From a virus, in IMG/VR virus record IMGVR_UViG_3300046820_002137, positions 56,574 to 120,573 of that record: a DNA stretch of 64,000 nt. The stretch is one strand, 5' to 3'. Positions 20,165 to 30,100 of this stretch are shown here, piece after piece (position 1 is the first letter of the stretch; each line of letters opens with the position of its first letter). The notes beneath the pieces are model-generated. The model had not been told where the DNA came from. It worked only from the letters and a program-made list of their open reading frames with translations, and did no database searches. The position numbers and the translations under genes are program-made.

Positions 20165-23100
20165 TTAAATAACAGTCTCATCCATTAAACTTATAGCATC
20201 AGATACCTCAGTAATTATGTTATTTTTTTGAGTTTCACTCATTTCGTCCCAAACATTAGACTCAAGCTGTTTTGCTTCAGAATTTAAAACTATAAATTTC
20301 TCATATTCTCCATCTTCCGCCAAATTTGGAGTAATTCTTTGCGCCCATCTTTGTGTTAATATTTTAACAGAATCTTCTAAACTATTAAATGACACGTATG
20401 GTTTATTATTAGATGTACAATAAAATAATCCATTACCATTAGAATCTACTTTAAAATAATTAGCCGACCCACCCCAGTCTCCTGAAATATCAATACCGGC
20501 AAAATTATTATTATACGTTTCAAAGTTCGGATTAGAGAACGTACTCGTATATAATTTAGCAAAAACAATTTGACTTAGTATTGTTGACCTTTCAATATCA
20601 TTTGGTATTGCCTCTAATGATAATCTTATAACCACCTCTTTAACTTCTTTAGGTGTTGCGGTTGATTTAACTGGTTCTTCTTTTAAGTATTGAGAATACT
20701 TAGTATTTGCACTACAAGTTTGATTTTCAGAGAAAGTATTTGCGGGATTTGAATTTATATTATCGTAACTTTCTTGAGTTTGTGATTTAACATTTGTTGC
20801 CGAACCTTGTTCAGTATCGGTTTCTTGTTTCATCCTATCTTGTATTTTCTTTATTAAATTAGTCTTTAATGTTTGAATAAATTGGTCAACTTTAGGTAAC
20901 GCCGCAGTTGGTTGTCTTACTCCCGTTAATCTTGTTTCAAACATACCAGGTGCTATTGCATGTGTAACTTCCAATATCATGTAAGGACCACTAAACATAG
21001 GTACATATCTTAAATTAAAATACATTGTAGGTTGAATAAGTGCGTTACCCATCATGTTTATAGTACAGTTGTAACTTCTATTTTTATATATGTTATATAA
21101 CGATGTGCTTTGTGTTGCTCCTCCTCTGTTTCCAGCCTGATTTGCCATACTATTAATCACTTGGAGTGACTCAGCGGTAGAAGTACCAGATTCTTGGGAT
21201 ACTTCAAATGATTTAAATATAGATTGATTTTGAGTTCCTATATCCACATTAAATCCAACCACTTTATTAGATTTATCCCAGTCAGTTTTATTTGTTTGGT
21301 TCTCGACAAGAGGATTATCAGAAGCTCTTCTCAAGTCAAACGCGTCGTCTCTAAACCTATAATCGACATTATTTTTCATGTCAACGTGTTCAGACGCTTT
21401 AGTTGAATACATACAAACCATCTTAGCTGAAGAATCTCTATAATCCACATTCAAAAATGTACCAAATAATGTGTTACCAAATTCTAGAGTACCTTCAGGT
21501 TTAGGTTTAGGATTTTTTCCAGCATCTTGTACGTTATAAAAATTAACATAAGATGGCATATTCATTATGACAAAATTGTTTTCAATCAATATAGATTGGA
21601 AAAACGTGAATACTGTCATTTTTGGATTTATGTTCACCAGTTTATCTTTAAGTTTAAAGATATCAATTAATACTTTATCTCCAACATTTCTACTCGCTCT
21701 ATCCAACATTAACAAATCCTCAAACAGTGTCTTTTCTTTAAAATTAGCACCCGCTATCCATTTATCGTTGGTTGCCTTAAATGATTCCCATAGTTCTACT
21801 TTTGTTTGTTTACCATCTAATTCAGATGGTTTTGGTGGTTTGTTTTGGGAACTTGTAACATTAGCCAAAGCACTTCTAATTCTTAACATTAAGTTATTTA
21901 CTGTATCGGATTGAAAACTATCAACTTGATTCAAATACTCATCCATAGAATTAACTAACGTAACATTACCCCATTTAGAATTAGCATCAGGAACTGTAGG
22001 GTATTGTGGTTCTGGTGGTGTTTCGATATTTGTAACGTATTGTTCATCATCAGAATTTTGAGATACAAACCCATAAACTGTTTCAATGGCTTGATTAACA
22101 ATAACCGTATTATTGGTTGGGTCATCAATATCAACTTGTTCCCCTGTAAATTCAGAATCACCATTCTCATTCTTTAAAACAACAAATTTTTTTTGGTTAT
22201 TTTTATACACGGTTACAGTAGATGCGTCATTAAGTGTATATATCTGTAGAATTTGACCAGGAAAATTAGTTGTGGGTAAAGAAGGACTAACACCTGTTTG
22301 TTCTTGTGTTAATTTTTGAGTTGCATATATTTTAATTATTGGTGCTAAATTTTCTATATTTTTCTCAGTAAATTCAACATTTAAATCAACAAAAAAATCA
22401 GTAATATATGAACCATTGTCAGTATAACTTAACTCAGGTATTTCTGAAAACCCTACATATAATTCTAAAGCCTTCCAAGCGTCTAGGTTATTAGTAGACG
22501 AAGTAGTTAATGTTGTGGTTCCTCCATTTGTTGGTAATGAGTTTTGAACATAACTACCCCAACTATACGGGTCCTTAATATCTCTATTTGAAAAAGTATA
22601 AAACAATCTTTTATCAAACCCTGAAGGATTACCTAATTTAAAAACTATGTCGTAATTTAAAAATTCTTTTAAATAACTATTAACTTGGGTAGCTTGGGTT
22701 TGTTGTATATTAGAGACGATATCTGTTGCCGATAAATCTGCCGGAGTATTTTTAGGCACCTTCATCATTTCCCTCATCATCATTTGGAAATTTTTAAATG
22801 ATTTCTTAGGTATTGATTCCCCTTCTGTTGATGTTGATGACTGATAGTTAGTCACTGACTGTGAGAAATTTAAAAATTCCTTTTCAAAACTATCTAAGGC
22901 ATTTTTATCAAAAGCGCTAAATAATTCTGAAATTAAATCATACCCTAGTTCATCAGAGTTAAGGGAATAATTTTCTTGCTCTTCGGAATCATTATTAACG
23001 TATTTTATATATTTATTAGGTCCTGGTTTAGATAATTTACTGATATCAAAATAACCATAATTAGGACACGCCCACATTCCTCTAACCGAACCATCATACA

Positions 23101-26100
23101 TAGCATAGTTACCACTAACTTCAATGACTAACTTAGCATTATCTGTGTCACCTTCAAAACATTCATTAAATGTTTGATTAATTAAACTACCATTAGATGG
23201 GATTGGATATTCAAAATTTCCGTCTGAAGTATCTACTGTTACAGACCAAGGAGTTAGACTTAAACTCCTACTAGAATTAGCAGGGTCAAAACCTAAATTA
23301 CCATTTATTATTGCGTCACTTACAACATTTAAATTTACCCCTGAATCAATCCCACTTTGGATATCGGAACTAGTATATCCATTAAAAACTTCAGAACCTT
23401 GATAGAAAACATTAAAGTCGTTAATTAATTTAGGATAAAAACCTGTGTTAATTACAGTTTGGGTTGGTCCTCCTATTGTGAAATTAACATCCTGTTCTAG
23501 TACTATTTCCACACTTTCACCGTTAACAGTTAAATTATATGCGGTTGTTGGGTCTGAATTTACTGGGTCATAGTTTTCAATATATTCAAAATTATTCCAA
23601 ACACCGTCCATAATATCTACGTTGTTTTGAATATCGTTTTTGTATCTATACCATATCGAACCTATTTTTAAAACCCAAGCATACGGAACTTTATGAATCG
23701 CACTGAACTTTTTTAACGTGGCCAATATATAATCTAAATCATTAGTTGTATTATTAGACTGACTTGAATTATAAGTTTTATATTTTTCTCTTAGGGTACA
23801 TAATGGTAGACTGTTAATAAACAAGTAAGCCGCAGTAACAAATGGAGAGTCTTCCCCATTAGTTTGTTTTAATACACCCTCTTGAATCGCGTTTATAAAC
23901 ATAGGAGTATTCAACATAGAATTAACTTGGTCTGCCGATACCCCAGCATCGTAATTTTTATATCTAATATTACCTTCAGTTAAAAACTGAGTTTGGTAGG
24001 TTCTATTATTAAAAAATTCAATTAAGTCAGTTTCTTTGTTTACGTTTGGTACCTGAGCGTTTTCATAAATGAAATTTGTTATAGGTCTTTTTGTTAATGT
24101 AGTATCAGTGTTGTTAAAATTAGAAATAATTTTATTACTCCTGTTATATGTTATTATCTTAGTAGTATTAAACGCAGCCTTAGCGTCAGAAACCGCAGCA
24201 CCATTAGCCAAAGAGTTCTTAACCCAATCTGTATTAGTTATCGGATATGTGTCTAATAAATCAAATTCATTTGTCTCAGAATTACCAGTTATAAAATTTT
24301 CGAATTCTGTTTCATTTTCCAATGAAACCAATGGATTTGATTTTGTTGCCGCCACTGTACGTACATCCAAAAATTGGAACCCACCGCTTTCAGTTTGATT
24401 CTTGATATATTCAGTGTTGAATATACCCCTTATAAAGTTTTGCCAACTTTTACCCATACCTGAATTTGATATGTGTTTAAGTGTTGGTACAAAATTTTCA
24501 GAATTTAACCCGTAGTTTTTCAATTTTTCAATCAAAAATCCACTATCAGTTCCTAATCCGTTAACCATATTTATTTTTTCGGCATCCGATATAGTACTAG
24601 CCACAGAATCTCTACTTTGTGTAGATGAAGCGGCTCTAGAAAGTCTAGAATAATTTGAGGTATAAAATAATCTTTCATATATTTCATAGAAAAATTTAAC
24701 CTCATCTTTATTTGAAAAAATTTCGTTGGTTACAGGAAATTCCATTCCATTCATTGAAACTCTTTTGACATCAGTTTCCTCGTTAAAATTAGGTTGCCCG
24801 TTTTTAGTATCTCCCGCTCTTTCAGTATACCCTCTTAAAAACTCTTCTAAAAATTCAACTTCAGGCCATACATCATATTGATTCCCTTTTGTTTGACTAA
24901 CATAATCAGGGTCTCCAGGGTATGCTATTACATACTTTTCCTCTCCATTTTCTCCATTAGTTTCAACAATAAATTGAGGCCATGGATATATCGGTAAAGT
25001 TTCGTTATTACCTGATGATATATTATCGGCACAAGCACTTGAAGTTGATGAGTTTAAAATACAATTTTTTCTTACTTTATCATCTCTCTTGTCCCAAGCT
25101 CTAGTATGAACATCATCCATCATTCTTAAAAATGCCTCTGAATTTGCAAAAATAACCGCCATAATATTCCTAGCAGTTGGTACGAATCCAAGTCCTGTAC
25201 TTTTACTTTGTAACTTTTCTGCAAGAGCCTTTGTTATGTCATCTTGAATTTTTTCTCGATAAGCAATTAAATCTTTACTCATTCTATTAGTCTCACTTAA
25301 AAAAGTCTGAGTTAGAACTTTAGTTTCCTTATTAATATTAGTGTTGTTTAAATTACCAAATTTATAATATGTGTATTTAGGGACGGGTTCTCCATCTTTA
25401 AGAGTTATATTTCCCGCATTAAAATTCATATTTTCAGATAATTCTTTACCCAACGCATTTAAATCTTCAGTAGTTGGTTCTTGATTACCCTTTCTCTGTT
25501 TAAATGTTTCTGTTAAGTTAATTTCACTAGGATTAGTTAATTCTTGGTAAAATAATTCAATTTTTATATTATTTGGTATACTACTTCGTTGTTTTTTACC
25601 GTTTATTTCATAAAACCCGTTTTCTCCTACTGTTTTATTACTATTTAATATTGTGTTATATTCGGTAATAAGTTTTTTTAGATTTGTAAGAGCCTCTTCT
25701 TTCTTTTTCTCATCCGAAAATTCTTTTTTGAATGAATACAATTTCATGTCGTCTGAGACCGAAACAAAATAATTTTGTTTGTCCATGTATGTTTCAAACC
25801 AAGATTCATTTAAAATGTAAAAAACTTTGTTTTGATACTCTTTTAACTTTTTTTCATAAAATTCCAAGTCATTAAGTGGGGCCATATTTTGTTGTATGAA
25901 AGACTCCAAATAATTTTTTATAAAAAATTCCAATCTATAATACATTTGCATTATAGTAATCTCTGGAAAATCATCAGGTATTAAACCTTTATTTTTGTAC
26001 TCACTATATAGTTCTTTAATTTTTTGTGTTCCCTTTTGAACCGGTAAATCGTTAACTGTTGTAGATTGTGACGGACCTCCTTCATTACCCTTAACAGGTA

Positions 26101-26869
26101 AGTTATTACTATACATGTGAGGAGTTGCCAGAGCCGCCGCCATTGTAACCTCATTAAGCACGTTGTACTTATAAGTTATCATTTTTAATGTTATATGAAA
26201 ATTACCGCTCGATGTACTATATCGACTAGTAAAATTCTCTAACATCAATGAATACCTAACCGCCTTACCAAAAAATCCTTTTATTGTTAAATAAAATATC
26301 GGATACGGTAAGTTAAAGAACACCGCATATGGTGAATTGTCACCTCCTTCAAATAAAGCCCTGCCTTTTACATCCTCTAATTCAATAGTTACTGTTGGGG
26401 TAAAAGAAGTATTTTGTTTTATATTAATTGATACGATTCCAAGTAACCCGTTATCTACCGCCCCTTGTTTACCATTAGATAATAAGGTTTGTCTAGTATA
26501 GAAATCATCATCTTTATCAGGATTTTTAAATGTGTCTACCTTTACTTGGTTATCACCCAACCCTTTTAAAGTATTTTTACCTGTAATTTCATCAGTATAA
26601 CTGTTATCTAAAAATTCTTTACCACCAGGTTTTAAAAAATTAATGGCGGCTATCGATGTATTTCTGATAATATCGTTATTATCAGAACCTAAAGCTAGTT
26701 TTGTTCTCGGTATTGGTTTACACTCTAAATTAGCATACATCACCAAATTTTCATGGTTGATGAGCCTTTCTTTTGAGTTACCCTCATCATCAATTACTTT
26801 ATTTGGGTCAACAATAACTATATTATTATAATCAAATTCAACTAATATGTTTTCTGAGTTATCTACCAT
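20165..26869 (-). CDS. large baseplate hub-like protein (2234 aa), C-terminal degenerate muramidase-like domain
   Basis: GIVSINIK...VTIELEDVKG N-terminal and MMGNALIQP...GPYMILEVTHAI...FETRLTGVR C-terminal gp27/gpD-like hub patterns; follows the LysM-like gene. Confidence 0.6.
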   Translation of the reverse strand: MVDNSENILVEFDYNNIVIVDPNKVIDDEGNSKERLINHENLVMYANLECKPIPRTKLALGSDNNDIIRNTSIAAINFLKPGGKEFLDNSYTDEITGKNTLKGLGDNQVKVDTFKNPDKDDDFYTRQTLLSNGKQGAVDNGLLGIVSINIKQNTSFTPTVTIELEDVKGRALFEGGDNSPYAVFFNLPYPIFYLTIKGFFGKAVRYSLMLENFTSRYSTSSGNFHITLKMITYKYNVLNEVTMAAALATPHMYSNNLPVKGNEGGPSQSTTVNDLPVQKGTQKIKELYSEYKNKGLIPDDFPEITIMQMYYRLEFFIKNYLESFIQQNMAPLNDLEFYEKKLKEYQNKVFYILNESWFETYMDKQNYFVSVSDDMKLYSFKKEFSDEKKKEEALTNLKKLITEYNTILNSNKTVGENGFYEINGKKQRSSIPNNIKIELFYQELTNPSEINLTETFKQRKGNQEPTTEDLNALGKELSENMNFNAGNITLKDGEPVPKYTYYKFGNLNNTNINKETKVLTQTFLSETNRMSKDLIAYREKIQDDITKALAEKLQSKSTGLGFVPTARNIMAVIFANSEAFLRMMDDVHTRAWDKRDDKVRKNCILNSSTSSACADNISSGNNETLPIYPWPQFIVETNGENGEEKYVIAYPGDPDYVSQTKGNQYDVWPEVEFLEEFLRGYTERAGDTKNGQPNFNEETDVKRVSMNGMEFPVTNEIFSNKDEVKFFYEIYERLFYTSNYSRLSRAASSTQSRDSVASTISDAEKINMVNGLGTDSGFLIEKLKNYGLNSENFVPTLKHISNSGMGKSWQNFIRGIFNTEYIKNQTESGGFQFLDVRTVAATKSNPLVSLENETEFENFITGNSETNEFDLLDTYPITNTDWVKNSLANGAAVSDAKAAFNTTKIITYNRSNKIISNFNNTDTTLTKRPITNFIYENAQVPNVNKETDLIEFFNNRTYQTQFLTEGNIRYKNYDAGVSADQVNSMLNTPMFINAIQEGVLKQTNGEDSPFVTAAYLFINSLPLCTLREKYKTYNSSQSNNTTNDLDYILATLKKFSAIHKVPYAWVLKIGSIWYRYKNDIQNNVDIMDGVWNNFEYIENYDPVNSDPTTAYNLTVNGESVEIVLEQDVNFTIGGPTQTVINTGFYPKLINDFNVFYQGSEVFNGYTSSDIQSGIDSGVNLNVVSDAIINGNLGFDPANSSRSLSLTPWSVTVDTSDGNFEYPIPSNGSLINQTFNECFEGDTDNAKLVIEVSGNYAMYDGSVRGMWACPNYGYFDISKLSKPGPNKYIKYVNNDSEEQENYSLNSDELGYDLISELFSAFDKNALDSFEKEFLNFSQSVTNYQSSTSTEGESIPKKSFKNFQMMMREMMKVPKNTPADLSATDIVSNIQQTQATQVNSYLKEFLNYDIVFKLGNPSGFDKRLFYTFSNRDIKDPYSWGSYVQNSLPTNGGTTTLTTSSTNNLDAWKALELYVGFSEIPELSYTDNGSYITDFFVDLNVEFTEKNIENLAPIIKIYATQKLTQEQTGVSPSLPTTNFPGQILQIYTLNDASTVTVYKNNQKKFVVLKNENGDSEFTGEQVDIDDPTNNTVIVNQAIETVYGFVSQNSDDEQYVTNIETPPEPQYPTVPDANSKWGNVTLVNSMDEYLNQVDSFQSDTVNNLMLRIRSALANVTSSQNKPPKPSELDGKQTKVELWESFKATNDKWIAGANFKEKTLFEDLLMLDRASRNVGDKVLIDIFKLKDKLVNINPKMTVFTFFQSILIENNFVIMNMPSYVNFYNVQDAGKNPKPKPEGTLEFGNTLFGTFLNVDYRDSSAKMVCMYSTKASEHVDMKNNVDYRFRDDAFDLRRASDNPLVENQTNKTDWDKSNKVVGFNVDIGTQNQSIFKSFEVSQESGTSTAESLQVINSMANQAGNRGGATQSTSLYNIYKNRSYNCTINMMGNALIQPTMYFNLRYVPMFSGPYMILEVTHAIAPGMFETRLTGVRQPTAALPKVDQFIQTLKTNLIKKIQDRMKQETDTEQGSATNVKSQTQESYDNINSNPANTFSENQTCSANTKYSQYLKEEPVKSTATPKEVKEVVIRLSLEAIPNDIERSTILSQIVFAKLYTSTFSNPNFETYNNNFAGIDISGDWGGSANYFKVDSNGNGLFYCTSNNKPYVSFNSLEDSVKILTQRWAQRITPNLAEDGEYEKFIVLNSEAKQLESNVWDEMSETQKNNIITEVSDAISLMDETVI

Positions 26870-27185
26870 AATAAAAGAAATGATTATCTAATTGATTCTT
26901 ATAATCCTGTAATGAAGTTACAAGTGGAAATGGAATTGTCAATACACTACCGTCAACTATATTCCATTCTTGTCCTCCAAACTTAGGGTTAGCTTGTAAA
27001 ATTAACCATCCAAAAAATGGCGAACCATAATACTGTTGTGAAACTTTATCAAGTCTAGATTGTCCAACCTTATAGATATATCTTTTATCTGTGCTTTTAC
27101 TAGGTAAATCCACATAAGTAACGACAGTTTGTTGTCCGTTAACTATAAATTCAGTATATCTATTATAATATTGTTTTTTTGCCAT
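26859..27185 (-). CDS. LysM / tail protein X-like baseplate protein
   Basis: SRLDKVSQQYYGSPFFGWLILQANP...GSVLTIP. Confidence 0.8.
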   Translation of the reverse strand: MAKKQYYNRYTEFIVNGQQTVVTYVDLPSKSTDKRYIYKVGQSRLDKVSQQYYGSPFFGWLILQANPKFGGQEWNIVDGSVLTIPFPLVTSLQDYKNQLDNHFFYYGR

Positions 27186-27187
27186 TG

Positions 27188-30100
27188 TTAGAAATTAAAC
27201 TTAGCGTTATCTAAATAAGTAGTGTTAGGTCCATGATTTTGACCGTCATATAGTTTTTTAATATCCTCTGATTGTGTTGCATTATCTACACCCGGAACCG
27301 TTGTATAATTGAACTTTCTTGTTTTACCTTTTGGGTACATTTTCTCATCTAAATCATCAACAAAATCTTTATAGTCATTACTGTCTTTGAAGTCGGTGTA
27401 AAGTTCTTCTTCGTATTCAAGTTCTTTAGTATACTCCTTGGCCAAATCATCAACAATACCATCAAATTTATTTTTCAAATTGGTTGGGTCACTAACACTT
27501 ACAAGGTCTCCTTTTATAATTGAATTTTTAAAACTTTCTCTTTTATTACTGTCTTGTAAAACTCTTGAAATAATTAAGAAGAAATGTTTTTCGGGACTAT
27601 CCACACTGTTTCCTCCGATAAAGTTATCATACACTGGTATAAAATTACCAACTTCATCATAAGGTTCTTCAGTTATCTTATTATCAGTTAATAGTGTTTG
27701 ATAATCAATCAAAGTATTTGACGCTCTATTTAAATCATCCCAAAGTTCATCATCCGTGGAGCTAATTGAAGGGTTTACAGTTGTGGTTGTTGTACTAACT
27801 TCACTAGTTCCATTAATAGTATATACTATCGGTAGATTCTTATCTCCAATTTTACCGTCAGTTAGGGTGGCAACAAGATTTAATTTTCTTATAATCCTAC
27901 TATAATCCTGTTGGAAAGTTACCATTTCTTGTGATGTTGTATATAAAACATTTGAAAAATTGTTATATAGGTCACTAACATAAGATATCATATTTTCGGT
28001 AATAGTATCCATTACATTTGACTGCCAACTAAATTTATCCAATTCTTTCATGATTGGATTCGTTCTATCTGTTATTTCACTCTTAACTAAATCAAAAATA
28101 TCCTTTGTAAACGAGTCGATATTTGATGGTGCCCCATATATTGGAGCATCGACTTGACTAGTTGTACTGATATTTAATCCACCTTCGTTATATAATCTGT
28201 CTTTGTTCATGAATTGAACAATTCCGTGATTAGTATTCAACATTACTTTTTCTAACAGATTAGGAATCGTTTCCATATATGTTTTAGTACTTCCCTGAAG
28301 TTCGTCCATAACTTTTTGGTAACTTATGTCACCAGTTTGTCCACTTTCTACCGGATTTGTACTTAATATTTCTCCGATGGTATTACCACCATCATTTGTT
28401 GGTTGATTATCAACATTATTGACTGTTGAATTTTCTTCTCCTAATTCAAGAGCGTCAATAAATTTCTTATCCAAAGCTTTCCAAGAATCATCGGTCCATG
28501 TTGACCTTTCATCATATATTTCAGTGTTAGCGTAATAGTTAAATGATAGTGCGTTTTGTAACTGTTCAACCGGTTTTGCAAGTCCATGACCACCAATCAT
28601 ATCAAAACTTAATGATATTTTGGCAATCATAGGTTGTACACCAATACCCTCAGGGTTCATATCAAAAAGTGGTGACTCATAAGTTATACCTAATTCTCTT
28701 GGGATTATTTTACAGTTATAGAAATCACCGATTCTAAGTATCAAAACCGGAGGTGCTCCAAATGATGTATTAACAGCATCATTTGATTTAGGTTTACCAT
28801 CAGAACCTATCACAGGTATAGTTTCACCAGGTCTAACACATTGATTTAAGAAAGTTAATCTAGCATTTAAACCTTCAGGTGTCATAGAATGGAACGCCGG
28901 GTTGAAGTACTTAATCTTTTCTTTTATTGAATCGTAAACCATTGGGGCGTTTTCTTTTATAACCTCGAAATAATCACACTCAGTTAATAAATTTCTAACT
29001 ATCTGTTTACTAATACCTTCTTTGAGTTTTTTTTCAATTGTTACATTATCTTTTGGTTGTGGTTTTTGTGGTACAATTCCTTGTTCTGAGGTGGAACTAC
29101 TTGGTGGGTTAAAAAGAACACCCGGATTTTCTTCTAAATTATCGGGTATAGTTCCAGCGTCAGATGGTTTATCGTTTATAACTATGGTACTTATTCTAAG
29201 TCTTCTACATGCCATAACACTAACAGAATAAATCTGAGAACCGTTGTTTGTTGCCCCATTTTTATCCTCAACAGGTGTCGTACAATTTACGGTATCTTGC
29301 ATAACCCCTCCTTGTGCTATAGGGTTAGTAAAAGATTCTCCTGACCCTCCACCAAAACTTATTTTTAAGCTTCCATTATCAATATACTTACCTAAACTAA
29401 CACCACCTGATGTAAAGTTTCTAAAGTACTCAACAATAGAATCACTTCTTTTTTGGTTTATTGTCTCATTAAAATTAGAACTAACTGTAAAAGATTCACC
29501 ACCCTCTAAAACTATTGATATTGTTTTTTTCTCGGTAGTTAGAATACTAAACGCATCTTGAACCATTGAGTTTCCTCCGTCATTAATTAAAGAAAAATTA
29601 TCTTTAATAACTTGGTCAAAAAATTCATTAACATTTCTATTAAAATCATCCTCATTAAACAATTGTTCGGCGTTAGATACATATTCAGAAGACTTACTAA
29701 TATATTGATTATATAAAACATCATAAGAATCTACCGTTCCGTTAACCGATGGTGAATTATCATCAAAATAGAATGATAAATTTTCATATTTGTTTACAAA
29801 ATCATCAACACTTGGTTCATTAGTTACAATAGAACTAGTTGAACTATCCGCATAGTTTCCACTAGTATTAGTTTGCGAGTCTTTTCCAATTGAATTAATA
29901 ATATTTGTGACATCTTCTTGACTACTTTGTGGGTTGTTTAAAATTTCTTGATAGGTATATAAGTCTTTGGTAGGTAAGGTATTAAATTTTTGAGCTAATG
30001 TGTAGATATCATACTTCACACATCCTGCGAAAAATGAATCAATTATAGAGTCAACTCTTTCTTTAGCAACTCCTTTTAATTGTTTATCAACAATTAAATT

